Positions 1 through 15,000 of a stretch of 53,771 nt of DNA are shown here, piece by piece (within the stretch, counting starts at the first letter, position 1; every line of letters begins with the position of its first letter). The notes beneath the pieces were generated by a model, which saw nothing but the letters and a program-made list of their open reading frames with translations, did not search any database and had not been told where the DNA came from. Source of the DNA: Macrostomum lignano (lineage: Eukaryota); contig NIVC01000784.1 in NCBI GenBank assembly GCA_002269645.1, positions 1 to 53,771 on the forward strand. The letters are read 5' to 3'. Made by a program: the position numbers and the translations under genes.

Positions 1-3000
1 TTGATCGGATTCTGTACCTGCCATAGTGGTTGCCGCACCAGCACTGGTAGCCATTTTGCACACACGAAGAAGCTGATATTTCCTGGCTTTGCACGCCTTG
101 TAGCACTTTGGCACAGTAACTGATCCGGAGAGAACCAGCTTTCTAAGATCTCTGGAGCTCTTGTCCAGATAGCAGCCGAGATGCTTCAATCCGCGGCACT
201 GAAAGCGGTAGCGACAGACTACTACTGTACACATTATTTGCTGTCGTTTATGTAAACAACTTATGAGAAAGGCTCAACTCTTGGACGCCCACGCTTTCGC
301 TGATGATATTTAATGCATTTAAAGTTTCAAGATGTCAGACTAATTGCGCACAATTTCAAATTAGCCACCTTATATTGCTTGAAACTACTCGTATTTATGG
401 AAGGAAGAGAAACGGCGCGCGCAATTAGTGAGGCATCGCATAGTTCTCAACTGAGAGCTGCCAAACTAATATAAACACGAGCTAGGTGGACAAAAAAGCA
501 ATCAATTGCGAATCTGTACTGTTGTACTCACGACGAACAGGCTTGCTGCCGATTCCAGTCGAGTAGACAGAGTTTCTCCAAGAGCCGCCGCAGGTTCGTC
601 TTTGTCGCCTCTACAGCGCGTTCTGCACTGCTTTGCATTGACTCGGCCAAAGCTGCCATATTTTGTTGCCGCAGGTGCACGCAGATCCAGCCTGGAGGCC
701 AAAGTACCTGTAGCCGCGAGACTTGCAGTACTTCAGACAGTACGCCTTTGTGGTCCGGTGACCGGCGCCGTGTACAAGGGGCAAGTCGCGCTTCGAATTG
801 TCGCGGAAGCAGCCAAGTAGGGTAACTCCGGAGGCGTGCTCTTCGAGTCCGGTAGCGTACACGTCGTTTCTCCAGGAGCCGCCACAGTAGGTCGTCTTGT
901 CTCCTCTGCACTGGTAGCGGCACTCGCGTTTGTCGCGTCGGCCGTAGCGACCGTAGTGTGTTGCCGCACCAGCACTGTTTTCCTATCTGAACGCCAAAGA
1001 ATCGGAATCCCTTTTTCTTGCACAGTCCGTAGCACCTTCCAACAGTTATGCTGCCTTTTCCTCCCACAGTTGGAAGATCGCGCCTCCGGCCGTCAACAAA
1101 GCAGCCAATGTGAGACATTCCAGGTGCTTAAAAAAGAAATAGTGGCACACGCAGGTCAGTAAAACCCCAGCTGGTTGGCTCCTAATCCAAGACACGGACA
1201 GAGCCAGCCCGTTATAATTTTTATATATGTCTATAACTTGGGTGTCTTTGGTCTTCTGATCTCTCACTACTAAGCTCAATAATAACTTCAATTACCAATG
1301 TGAGAGCCAAATAACTAAGGCGGCGGATTCGACTAACTTTTCCTGATGATGCAATCAATTGATGTTAACTTACTGACCGTTGTATTGTATTTGGTGTTCG
1401 CAATCTCGAGATTAACTCAAGTCTATGGTAGGTTCTAATTGTTCGGGGGAACCGAAGGTTCAGTCTGTTGTAGGGAAAGGATGTCTACTTTTCATTAGCT
1501 AAGACTGGGATCGTGTGCTCAGCTTTTGCTTGCTGGAGCGCGTTCATTGGTTGGAAATACATTCAAACTGGATTGAAACTTTCAGGGCCAAAATGTCTCA
1601 CTTCACCGTTTTACTTTACAAAATGTCTTATGTACCCTACGAGCCTACGAGCGAGCGTGGAAGCGAATTTTCGTTTGACTGCACACTTACTCTTGAAGCT
1701 CTTGGGCTTCAGTCCGGTTGTGAAGACACTGTTCCTCCATGGTCCACCACATTTGGACCTCTTGTCGCCCTTACAGGTGGACCTGGCGCAATCCTTGCTC
1801 GACGCTCTTCCATACCGACCGACGGTGTTTCCGCAGGTGCACGCATTGCCGTTTTGCAGACCAAAGTACCTGTAGCCTTGGCTCGACAATAGCGGAAGCA
1901 GTAAGCCTTTGTCGTCTTGTAGTTGGCAGTGTAAACTACCGGCAAATCCCTGTTGCGATTGTCCTTAAAGCAGCCGACGTACTTCACTCCGGCCGCTGGA
2001 AGGTCAGAAGGGCATCATTTTAGTTACGACTACGAATATTAAAGGCTCCAACTAGATTTAATCGGCTGGCATCGCCCACCTCTCTTGGATTAGTCTAGTC
2101 TATAAACCATTGTTCATTGAGACATCTATTAGTAGTGCTGCTGGCTAACTGGCTAGATGGCGCAACGAAAAACAGCAGTACACTAGGATTGCTTGGATCT
2201 CCAGAAAGCTACAAGCGTAAACCTGTTGACAGACTCGGTTACCTTTGCTGGCGACGACAACACCCGTTGCGTACACGTCGTTTCTCCAGGAGCCGCCACA
2301 GTAGGTCGTCTTGTCTCCTCTGCACTGGTAGCGGCACTCGCGTTTGTCGCGTCGGCCGTAGCGACCGTAGTGGTTGCCGCACCAGCACTGTTTTCCTATC
2401 TGAACGCCAAAGAATCGGAATCCCTTTTTCTTGCATAGTCCGTAGCACCTTCCAACAGTCATGCTGCCTTTTCCTCCCAGAGTTGGAAGATCGCGTCTCC
2501 GGCCGTCAACAAAGCAGCCAATGTGAGACATTCCAGGTGCTTAAAAGAGAAATAGTGGGCACATGCAGGTCAGCAAAACCCCATCCAAACCGTACAGAGC
2601 AATCTCGTTTTACATTCAAAAATATCTAATATACCGTACGAGCCTACGAGCGAGCGTGGAAAGCGAATTTTCTGCTTGACTGCACACTTACTCTTGAAGC
2701 TCTTGGGCTTCAGTCCGGTTGTGAAGACGCTGTTCCTCCATGGTCCACCACATTTGGACCTCTTGTCGCCCTTACAGGTGGACCTGGCGCAATCCTTGCT
2801 CTTCGCTTTTCCATACCGACCGACGGTGTTTCCGCAGGTGCACGCATTGCCGTTTTGCAGACCAAAGTACCTGTAGCCCTTGGCTCGACAATAGCGGAAG
2901 CAGTAAGCCTTTGTCGTCTTGTAGTTGGCAGTGTAAACTACCGGCAAATCCCTGTAGCGATTGTCCTTGAAGCAGCCGACGTACTTCACTCCGGCCGCTG

Positions 3001-6000
3001 GAAGATCAGAAGGGCATCATTTTAGTTACGACTACGAATATTAAAGGCTCCAACTAGATTCAATCGGCTGGCATCGCCCACCTCTCTTGGATTAGTCTAG
3101 TCTATAAACCATTGTTCATTGAGACATCTATTAGTAGTGCTGCTGGCTAAATGGCTAGATGGCGCAACGAAAAACAGCAGTACACTAGGATTGCTTGGAT
3201 CTCCAGAAAGCTACAAGCGTAAACCTGTTGACAGACTCGGTTACCTTTGCTGGCGACGACAACACCCGTCGCGTAGACATTGTTTCTCCACGCGCCTCCG
3301 CAGTAGGTCGACTTGTCTCCTCTGCACTGTACTCTGCACTCCAAGTTTGATCGGATTCTGTACCTGCCATAGTGGTTGCCGCACCAGCACTGGTAGCCAT
3401 TTTGCACACCGAAGAAGCGATATTTCCTGGCTTTGCACGCCTTGTAGCACTTTGGCACAGTAACTGATCCGGAGAGAACCAGCTTTCTAAGATCTCTGGA
3501 GCTCTTGTCCAGATAGCAGCCGAGATGCTTCAATCCGGGCACTGAAAGCGGTAGCGACAGACTACTACTGTACACATTATTTGCTGTCGTTTATGTAAAC
3601 AACTTATGAGAAAGGCTCAACTCTTGGACGCCCACGCTTTCGCTGATGATATTTAATGCATTTAAAGTTTCAAGATGTCAGACTAATTTGCGCACAATTT
3701 CAAATTAGCCACCTTATATTGCTTGAAACTACTCGTATTTATGGAAGGAAGAGAAACGGCGCGCGCAATTAGTGAGGCATCGCATAGTTCTCAACTGAGA
3801 GCTGCAAACTAATATAAACACGAGCTAGGTGGACAAAAAAGCAATCAATTGCGAATCTGTACTGTTGTACTCACGACGAACAGGCTTGCTGCCGATTCCA
3901 GTCGAGTAGACAGAGTTTCTCCAAGAGCCGCCGCAGGTTCGTCTTTTGTCGCCTCTACAGCGCGTTCTGCACTGCTTTGCATTGACTCGGCCAAAGCTGC
4001 CATATTTGTTGCCGCAGGTGCACGCAGATCCAGCCTGGAGGCCAAAGTACCTGTAGCCGCGAGACTTGCAGTACTTCAGACAGTACGCCTTTGTGGTCCG
4101 GTGACCGGCGCCGTGTACAAGGGGCAAGTCGCGCTTCGAATTGTCGCGGAAGCAGCCAAGTAGGGTAACTCCGGAGGCGTGCTCTTCGAGTCCGGTAGCG
4201 TACACGTCGTTTCTCCAGGAGCCGCCACAGTAGGTCGTCTTGTCTCCTCTGCACTGGTAGCGGCACTCGCGTTTGTCGCGTCGGCCGTAGCGACCGTAGT
4301 GGTTGCCGCACCAGCACTGTTTTCCTATCTGAACGCCAAAGAATCGGAATCCCTTTTTCTTGCATAGTCCGTAGCACCTTCCAACAGTCATGCTGCCTTT
4401 TCCTCCCACAGTTGGAAGATCGCGTCTCCGGCCGTCAACAAAGCAGCCAATGTGAGACATTCCAGGTGCTTAAAAGAGAAATAGTGGGCACATGCAGGTC
4501 AGCAAAACCCCATCCAAACCGTACAGAGCAATCTCGTTTTTATACATTCAAAAATATCTAATGTACCGTACGAGCCTACGAGCGAGCGTGGAAAGCGAAT
4601 TTTCTGCTTGACTGCACACTTACTCTTGAAGCTCTTGGGCTTCAGTCCGGTTGTGAAGACGCTGTTCCTCCATGGTCCACCACATTTGGACCTCTTGTCG
4701 CCCTTACAGGTGGACCTGGCGCAATCCTTGCTCTTCGCTTTTCCATACCGACCGACGGTGTTTCCGCAGGTGCACGCATTGCCGTTTTGCAGACCAAAGT
4801 ACCTGTAGCCCTTGGCTCGACAATAGCGGAAGCAGTAAGCCTTTGTCGTCTTGTAGTTGGCAGTGTAAACTACCGGCAAATCCCTGTAGCGATTGTCCTT
4901 GAAGCAGCCGACGTACTTCACTCCGGCCGCTGGAAGTCAGAAGGGCGTCATTTTAGTTACGACTACGATATTAAAGGCTCCAACTAGATTCAATCGGCTG
5001 GCATCGCCCACCTCTCTTGGATTAGTCTAGTCTATAAACCATTGTTCATTGAGACATCTATTAGTAGTGCTGCTGGCTAAATGGCTAGATGGCGCAACGA
5101 AAAACAGCAGTACACTAGGATTGCTTGGATCTCCAGAAAGCTACAAGCGTAAACCTGTTGACAGACTCGGTTACCTTTGCTGGCGACGACAACACCCGTC
5201 GCGTAGACATTGTTTCTCCATGCGCCTCCGCAGTAGGTCGACTTGTCTCCTCTGCACTGTACTCTGCACTCCAAGTTTGATCGGATTCTGTACCTGCCAT
5301 AGTGGTTGCCGCACCAGCACTGGTAGCCATTTTGCACACCGAAGAAGCGATATTTCCTGGCTTTGCACGCCTTGTAGCACTTTGGCACAGTAACTGATCC
5401 GGAGAGAACCAGCTTTCTAAGATCTCTGGAGCTCTTGTCCAGATAGCAGCCGAGATGCTTCAATCCGGGCACTGAAAGCGGTAGCGACAGACTACTACTG
5501 TACACATTATTTGCTGTCGTTTATGTAAACAACTTATGAGAAAGGCTCAACTCTTGGACGCCCACGCTTTCGCTGATGATATTTAATGCATTTAAAGTTT
5601 CAAGATGTCAGACTAATTTGCGCACAATTTCAAATTAGCCACCTTATATTGCTTGAAACTACTCGTATTTATGGAAGGAAGAGAAACGGCGCGCGCAATT
5701 AGTGAGGCATCGCATAGTTCTCAACTGAGAGCTGCAAACTAATATAAACACGAGCTAGGTGGACAAAAAAGCAATCAATTGCGAATCTGTACTGTTGTAC
5801 TCACGACGAACAGGCTTGCTGCCGATTCCAGTCGAGTAGACAGAGTTTCTCCAAGAGCCGCCGCAGGTTCGTCTTTTGTCGCCTCTACAGCGCGTTCTGC
5901 ACTGCTTTGCATTGACTCGGCCAAAGCTGCCATATTTGTTGCCGCAGGTGCACGCAGATCCAGCCTGGAGGCCAAAGTACCTGTAGCCGCGAGACTTGCA

Positions 6001-9000
6001 GTACTTCAGACAGTACGCCTTTGTGGTCCGGTGACCGGCGCCGTGTACAAGGGGCAAGTCGCGCTTCGAATTGTCGCGGAAGCAGCCAAGTAGGGTAACT
6101 CCGGAGGCGTGCTCTTCGAGTCCGGTAGCGTACACGTCGTTTCTCCAGGAGCCGCCACAGTAGGTCGTCTTGTCTCCTCTGCACTGGTAGCGGCACTCGC
6201 GTTTGTCGCGTCGGCCGTAGCGACCGTAGTGGTTGCCGCACCAGCACTGTTTTCCTATCTGAACGCCAAAGAATCGGAATCCCTTTTTCTTGCATAGTCC
6301 GTAGCACCTTCCAACAGTCATGCTGCCTTTTCCTCCCACAGTTGGAAGATCGCGTCTCCGGCCGTCAACAAAGCAGCCAATGTGAGACATTCCAGGTGCT
6401 TAAAAGAGAAATAGTGGGCACATGCAGGTCAGCAAAACCCCATCCAAACCGTACAGAGCAATCTCGTTTTACATTCAAAAATATCTAATATACCGTACGA
6501 GCCTACGAGCGAGCGTGGAAAGCGAATTTTCTGCTTGACTGCACACTTACTCTTGAAGCTCTTGGGCTTCAGTCCGGTTGTGAAGACGCTGTTCCTCCAT
6601 GGTCCACCACATTTGGACCTCTTGTCGCCCTTACAGGTGGACCTGGCGCAATCCTTGCTCTTCGCTTTTCCATACCGACCGACGGTGTTTCCGCAGGTGC
6701 ACGCATTGCCGTTTTGCAGACCAAAGTACCTGTAGCCCTTGGCTCGACAATAGCGGAAGCAGTAAGCCTTTGTCGTCTTGTAGTTGGCAGTGTAAACTAC
6801 CGGCAAATCCCTGTAGCGATTGTCCTTGAAGCAGCCGACGTACTTCACTCCGGCCGCTGGAAGTCAGAAGGGCGTCATTTTAGTTACGACTACGAATATT
6901 AAAGGCTCCAACTAGATTCAATCGGCTGGCATCGCCCACCTCTCTTGGATTAGTCTAGTCTATAAACCATTGTTCATTGAGACATCTATTAGTAGTGCTG
7001 CTGGCTAAATGGCTAGATGGCGCAACGAAAAACAGCAGTACACTAGGATTGCTTGGATCTCCAGAAAGCTACAAGCGTAAACCTGTTGACAGACTCGGTT
7101 ACCTTTGCTGGCGACGACAACACCCGTCGCGTAGACATTGTTTCTCCACGCGCCTCCGCAGTAGGTCGACTTGTCTCCTCTGCACTGTACTCTGCACTCC
7201 AAGTTTGATCGGATTCTGTACCTGCCATAGTGGTTGCCGCACCAGCACTGGTAGCCATTTTGCACACCGAAGAAGCGATATTTCCTGGCTTTGCACGCCT
7301 TGTAGCACTTTGGCACAGTAACTGATCCGGAGAGAACCAGCTTTCTAAGATCTCTGGAGCTCTTGTCCAGATAGCAGCCGAGATGCTTCAATCCGGGCAC
7401 TGAAAGCGGTAGCGACAGACTACTACTGTACACATTATTTGCTGTCGTTTATGTAAACAACTTATGAGAAAGGCTCAACTCTTGGACGCCCACGCTTCGC
7501 TGATGATATTTAATGCATTTAAAGTTTCAAGATGTCAGACTAATTTGCGCACAATTTCAAATTAGCCACCTTATATTGCTTGAAACTACTCGTATTTATG
7601 GAAGGAAGAGAAACGGCGCGCGCAATTAGTGAGGCATCGCATAGTTCTCAACTGAGAGCTGCAAACTAATATAAACACGAGCTAGGTGGACAAAAAAGCA
7701 ATCAATTGCGAATCTGTACTGTTGTACTCACGACGAACAGGCTTGCTGCCGATTCCAGTCGAGTAGACAGAGTTTCTCCAAGAGCCGCCGCAGGTTCGTC
7801 TTTTGTCGCCTCTACAGCGCGTTCTGCACTGCTTTGCATTGACTCGGCCAAAGCTGCCATATTTGTTGCCGCAGGTGCACGCAGATCCAGCCTGGAGGCC
7901 AAAGTACCTGTAGCCGCGAGACTTGCAGTACTTCAGACAGTACGCCTTTGTGGTCCGGTGACCGGCGCCGTGTACAAGGGGCAAGTCGCGCTTCGAATTG
8001 TCGCGGAAGCAGCCAAGTAGGGTAACTCCGGAGGCGTGCTCTTCGAGTCCGGTAGCGTACACGTCGTTTCTCCAGGAGCCGCCACAGTAGGTCGTCTTGT
8101 CTCCTCTGCACTGGTAGCGGCACTCGCGTTTGTCGCGTCGGCCGTAGCGACCGTAGTGGTTGCCGCACCAGCACTGTTTTCCTATCTGAACGCCAAAGAA
8201 TCGGAATCCCTTTTTCTTGCACAGTCCGTAGCACCTTCCAACAGTTATGCTGCCTTTTCCTCCCACAGTTGGAAGATCGCGCCTCCGGCCGTCAACAAAG
8301 CAGCCAATGTGAGACATTCCAGGTGCTTAAAAAAGAAATAGTGGGCACACGCAGGTCAGTAAAACCCCAGCTGGTTGGCTCCTAATCCAAGACACGGACA
8401 GAGCCAGCCCGTTGAAATTTTTTATATATGTCTATAACTTGGGTGTCTTTGGTCTTCTGATCTCTCACTACTAAGCTCAATAATAACTTCAATTACCAAT
8501 GTGAGAGCCAAATAACTAAGGCGGCGGATTCGACTAACTTTTCCTGATGATGCAATCAATTGATGTTAACTTACTGACCGTTGTATTGTATTTGGTGTTC
8601 GCAATCTCGAGATTAACTCAAGTCTATGGTAGGTTCTAATTGTTCGGGGGAACCGAAGGTTCAGTCTGTTGTAGGGAAAGGATGTCTACTTTTCATTAGC
8701 TAAGACTGGGATCGTGTGCTCAGCTTTTGCTTGCTGGAGCGCGTTCATTGGTTGGAAATACATTCAAACTGGATTGAAACTTTCAGGGCCAAAATGTATC
8801 ACTTCACCGTTTTACTTTACAAAATGTCTTATGTACCCTACGAGCCTACGAGCGAGCGTGGAAAGCGAATTTTCGTTTGACTGCACACTTACTCTTGAAG
8901 CTCTTGGGCTTCAGTCCGGTTGTGAAGACGCTGTTCCTCCATGGTCCACCACATTTGGACCTCTTGTCGCCCTTACAGGTGGACCTGGCGCAATCCTTGC

Positions 9001-12000
9001 TCGACGCTCTTCCATACCGACCGACGGTGTTTCCGCAGGTGCACGCATTGCCGTTTTGCAGACCAAAGTACCTGTAGCCCTTGGCTCGACAATAGCGGAA
9101 GCAGTAAGCCTTTGTCGTCTTGTAGTTGGCAGTGTAAACTACCGGCAAATCCCTGTGCGATTGTCCTTGAAGCAGCCGACGTACTTCACTCCGGCCGCTG
9201 GAAGGTCAGAAGGGCGTCATTTTAGTTACGACTACGAATATTAAAGGCTCCAACTAGATTCAATCGGCTGGCATCGCCCACCTCTCTTGGATTAGTCTAG
9301 TCTATAAACCATTGTTCATTGAGACATCTATTAGTAGTGCTGCTGGCTAATGGCTAGATGGCGCAACGAAAAACAGCAGTACACTAGGATTGCTTGGATC
9401 TCCAGAAAGCTACAAGCGTAAACCTGTTGACAGACTCGGTTACCTTTGCTGGCGACGACAACACCCGTTGCGTACACGTCGTTTCTCCAGGAGCCGCCAC
9501 AGTAGGTCGTCTTGTCTCCTCTGCACTGGTAGCGGCACTCGCGTTTGTCGCGTCGGCCGTAGCGACCGTAGTGGTTGCCGCACCAGCACTGTTTTCCTAT
9601 CTGAACGCCAAAGAATCGGAATCCCTTTTTCTTGCATAGTCCGTAGCACCTTCCAACAGTCATGCTGCCTTTTCCTCCCACAGTTGGAAGATCGCGTCTC
9701 CGGCCGTCAACAAAGCAGCCAATGTGAGACATTCCAGGTGCTTAAAAGAGAAATAGTGGGCACATGCAGGTCAGCAAAACCCCATCCAAACCGTACAGAG
9801 CAATCTCGTTTTTATACATTCAAAAATATCTAATATACCGTACGAGCCTACGAGCGAGCGTGGAAAGCGAATTTTCTGCTTGACTGCACACTTACTCTTG
9901 AAGCTCTTGGGCTTCAGTCCGGTTGTGAAGACGCTGTTCCTCCATGGTCCACCACATTTGGACCTCTTGTCGCCCTTACAGGTGGACCTGGCGCAATCCT
10001 TGCTCTTCGCTTTTCCATACCGACCGACGGTGTTTCCGCAGGTGCACGCATTGCCGTTTTGCAGACCAAAGTACCTGTAGCCCTTGGCTCGACAATAGCG
10101 GAAGCAGTAAGCCTTTGTCGTCTTGTAGTTGGCAGTGTAAACTACCGGCAAATCCCTGTAGCGATTGTCCTTGAAGCAGCCGACGTACTTCACTCCGGCC
10201 GCTGGAAGTCAGAAGGGCGTCATTTTAGTTACGACTACGATATTAAAGGCTCCAACTAGATTCAATCGGCTGGCATCGCCCACCTCTCTTGGATTAGTCT
10301 AGTCTATAAACCATTGTTCATTGAGACATCTATTAGTAGTGCTGCTGGCTAAATGGCTAGATGGCGCAACGAAAAACAGCAGTACACTAGGATTGCTTGG
10401 ATCTCCAGAAAGCTACAAGCGTAAACCTGTTGACAGACTCGGTTACCTTTGCTGGCGACGACAACACCCGTCGCGTAGACATTGTTTCTCCATGCGCCTC
10501 CGCAGTAGGTCGACTTGTCTCCTCTGCACTGTACTCTGCACTCCAAGTTTGATCGGATTCTGTACCTGCCATAGTGGTTGCCGCACCAGCACTGGTAGCC
10601 ATTTTGCACACCGAAGAAGCGATATTTCCTGGCTTTGCACGCCTTGTAGCACTTTGGCACAGTAACTGATCCGGAGAGAACCAGCTTTCTAAGATCTCTG
10701 GAGCTCTTGTCCAGATAGCAGCCGAGATGCTTCAATCCGGGCACTGAAAGCGGTAGCGACAGACTACTACTGTACACATTATTTGCTGTCGTTTATGTAA
10801 ACAACTTATGAGAAAGGCTCAACTCTTGGACGCCCACGCTTTCGCTGATGATATTTAATGCATTTAAAGTTTCAAGATGTCAGACTAATTTGCGCACAAT
10901 TTCAAATTAGCCACCTTATATTGCTTGAAACTACTCGTATTTATGGAAGGAAGAGAAACGGCGCGCGCAATTAGTGAGGCATCGCATAGTTCTCAACTGA
11001 GAGCTGCAAACTAATATAAACACGAGCTAGGTGGACAAAAAAGCAATCAATTGCGAATCTGTACTGTTGTACTCACGACGAACAGGCTTGCTGCCGATTC
11101 CAGTCGAGTAGACAGAGTTTCTCCAAGAGCCGCCGCAGGTTCGTCTTTTGTCGCCTCTACAGCGCGTTCTGCACTGCTTTGCATTGACTCGGCCAAAGCT
11201 GCCATATTTGTTGCCGCAGGTGCACGCAGATCCAGCCTGGAGGCCAAAGTACCTGTAGCCGCGAGACTTGCAGTACTTCAGACAGTACGCCTTTGTGGTC
11301 CGGTGACCGGCGCCGTGTACAAGGGGCAAGTCGCGCTTCGAATTGTCGCGGAAGCAGCCAAGTAGGGTAACTCCGGAGGCGTGCTCTTCGAGTCCGGTAG
11401 CGTACACGTCGTTTCTCCAGGAGCCGCCACAGTAGGTCGTCTTGTCTCCTCTGCACTGGTAGCGGCACTCGCGTTTGTCGCGTCGGCCGTAGCGACCGTA
11501 GTGGTTGCCGCACCAGCACTGTTTTCCTATCTGAACGCCAAAGAATCGGAATCCCTTTTTCTTGCATAGTCCGTAGCACCTTCCAACAGTCATGCTGCCT
11601 TTTCCTCCCACAGTTGGAAGATCGCGTCTCCGGCCGTCAACAAAGCAGCCAATGTGAGACATTCCAGGTGCTTAAAAGAGAAATAGTGGGCACATGCAGG
11701 TCAGCAAAACCCCATCCAAACCGTACAGAGCAATCTCGTTTTACATTCAAAAATATCTAATGTACCGTACGAGCCTACGAGCGAGCGTGGAAAGCGAATT
11801 TTCTGCTTGACTGCACACTTACTCTTGAAGCTCTTGGGCTTCAGTCCGGTTGTGAAGACGCTGTTCCTCCATGGTCCACCACATTTGGACCTCTTGTCGC
11901 CCTTACAGGTGGACCTGGCGCAATCCTTGCTCTTCGCTTTTCCATACCGACCGACGGTGTTTCCGCAGGTGCACGCATTGCCGTTTTGCAGACCAAAGTA

Positions 12001-15000
12001 CCTGTAGCCCTTGGCTCGACAATAGCGGAAGCAGTAAGCCTTTGTCGTCTTGTAGTTGGCAGTGTAAACTACCGGCAAATCCCTGTAGCGATTGTCCTTG
12101 AAGCAGCCGACGTACTTCACTCCGGCCGCTGGAAGTCAGAAGGGCGTCATTTTAGTTACGACTACGAATATTAAAGGCTCCAACTAGATTCAATCGGCTG
12201 GCATCGCCCACCTCTCTTGGATTAGTCTAGTCTATAAACCATTGTTCATTGAGACATCTATTAGTAGTGCTGCTGGCTAAATGGCTAGATGGCGCAACGA
12301 AAAACAGCAGTACACTAGGATTGCTTGGATCTCCAGAAAGCTACAAGCGTAAACCTGTTGACAGACTCGGTTACCTTTGCTGGCGACGACAACACCCGTC
12401 GCGTAGACATTGTTTCTCCACGCGCCTCCGCAGTAGGTCGACTTGTCTCCTCTGCACTGTACTCTGCACTCCAAGTTTGATCGGATTCTGTACCTGCCAT
12501 AGTGGTTGCCGCACCAGCACTGGTAGCCATTTTGCACACCGAAGAAGCGATATTTCCTGGCTTTGCACGCCTTGTAGCACTTTGGCACAGTAACTGATCC
12601 GGAGAGAACCAGCTTTCTAAGATCTCTGGAGCTCTTGTCCAGATAGCAGCCGAGATGCTTCAATCCGGGCACTGAAAGCGGTAGCGACAGACTACTACTG
12701 TACACATTATTTGCTGTCGTTTATGTAAACAACTTATGAGAAAGGCTCAACTCTTGGACGCCCACGCTCTCGCTGATGATATTTAATGCATTTAAAGTTT
12801 CAAGATGTCAGACTAATTTGCGCACAATTTCAAATTAGCCACCTTATATTGCTTGAAACTACTCGTATTTATGGAAGGAAGAGAAACGGCGCGCGCAATT
12901 AGTGAGGCATCGCATAGTTCTCAACTGAGAGCTGCAAACTAATATAAACACGAGCTAGGTGGACAAAAAAGCAATCAATTGCGAATCTGTACTGTTGTAC
13001 TCACGACGAACAGGCTTGCTGCCGATTCCAGTCGAGTAGACAGAGTTTCTCCAAGAGCCGCCGCAGGTTCGTCTTTTGTCGCCTCTACAGCGCGTTCTGC
13101 ACTGCTTTGCATTGACTCGGCCAAAGCTGCCATATTTGTTGCCGCAGGTGCACGCAGATCCAGCCTGGAGGCCAAAGTACCTGTAGCCGCGAGACTTGCA
13201 GTACTTCAGACAGTACGCCTTTGTGGTCCGGTGACCGGCGCCGTGTACAAGGGGCAAGTCGCGCTTCGAATTGTCGCGGAAGCAGCCAAGTAGGGTAACT
13301 CCGGAGGCGTGCTCTTCGAGTCCGGTAGCGTACACGTCGTTTCTCCAGGAGCCGCCACAGTAGGTCGTCTTGTCTCCTCTGCACTGGTAGCGGCACTCGC
13401 GTTTGTCGCGTCGGCCGTAGCGACCGTAGTGGTTGCCGCACCAGCACTGTTTTCCTATCTGAACGCCAAAGAATCGGAATCCCTTTTTCTTGCACAGTCC
13501 GTAGCACCTTCCAACAGTTATGCTGCCTTTTCCTCCCACAGTTGGAAGATCGCGCCTCCGGCCGTCAACAAAGCAGCCAATGTGAGACATTCCAGGTGCT
13601 TAAAAAAGAAATAGTGGGCACACGCAGGTCAGTAAAACCCCAGCTGGTTGGCTCCTAATCCAAGACACGGACAGAGCCAGCCCGTTGAAATTTTTTATAT
13701 ATGTCTATAACTTGGGTGTCTTTGGTCTTCTGATCTCTCACTACTAAGCTCAATAATAACTTCAATTACCAATGTGAGAGCCAAATAACTAAGGCGGCGG
13801 ATTCGACTAACTTTTCCTGATGATGCAATCAATTGATGTTAACTTACTGACCGTTGTATTGTATTTGGTGTTCGCAATCTCGAGATTAACTCAAGTCTAT
13901 GGTAGGTTCTAATTGTTCGGGGGAACCGAAGGTTCAGTCTGTTGTAGGGAAAGGATGTCTACTTTTCATTAGCTAAGACTGGGATCGTGTGCTCAGCTTT
14001 TGCTTGCTGGAGCGCGTTCATTGGTTGGAAATACATTCAAACTGGATTGAAACTTTCAGGGCCAAAATGTATCACTTCACCGTTTTACTTTACAAAATGT
14101 CTTATGTACCCTACGAGCCTACGAGCGAGCGTGGAAAGCGAATTTTCCGTTTGACTGCACACTTACTCTTGAAGCTCTTGGGCTTCAGTCCGGTTGTGAA
14201 GACACTGTTCCTCCATGGTCCACCACATTTGGACCTCTTGTCGCCCTTACAGGTGGACCTGGCGCAATCCTTGCTCGACGCTCTTCCATACCGACCGACG
14301 GTGTTTCCGCAGGTGCACGCATTGCCGTTTTGCAGACCAAAGTACCTGTAGCCCTTGGCTCGACAATAGCGGAAGCAGTAAGCCTTTGTCGTCTTGTAGT
14401 TGGCAGTGTAAACTACCGGCAAATCCCTGTAGCGATTGTCCTTAAAGCAGCCGACGTACTTCACTCCGGCCGCTGGAAGGTCAGAAGGGCGTCATTTTAG
14501 TTACGACTACGAATATTAAAGGCTCCAACTAGATTCAATCGGCTGGCATCGCCCACCTCTCTTGGATTAGTCTAGTCTATAAACCATTGTTCATTGAGAC
14601 ATCTATTAGTAGTGCTGCTGGCTAACTGGCTAGATGGCGCAACGAAAAACAGCAGTACACTAGGATTGCTTGGATCTCCAGAAAGCTACAAGCGTAAACC
14701 TGTTGACAGACTCGGTTACCTTTGCTGGCGACGACAACACCCGTTGCGTACACGTCGTTTCTCCAGGAGCCGCCACAGTAGGTCGTCTTGTCTCCTCTGC
14801 ACTGGTAGCGGCACTCGCGTTTGTCGCGTCGGCCGTAGCGACCGTAGTGGTTGCCGCACCAGCACTGTTTTCCTATCTGAACGCCAAAGAATCGGAATCC
14901 CTTTTTCTTGCATAGTCCGTAGCACCTTCCAACAGTCATGCTGCCTTTTCCTCCCACAGTTGGAAGATCGCGTCTCCGGCCGTCAACAAAGCAGCCAATG

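Noticed and set aside
13916-13930. Small hairpin TTCGG-GGGAA-CCGAA in each long intron
   Set aside because: A 5-bp stem is expected by chance and is repeated only because the array is.
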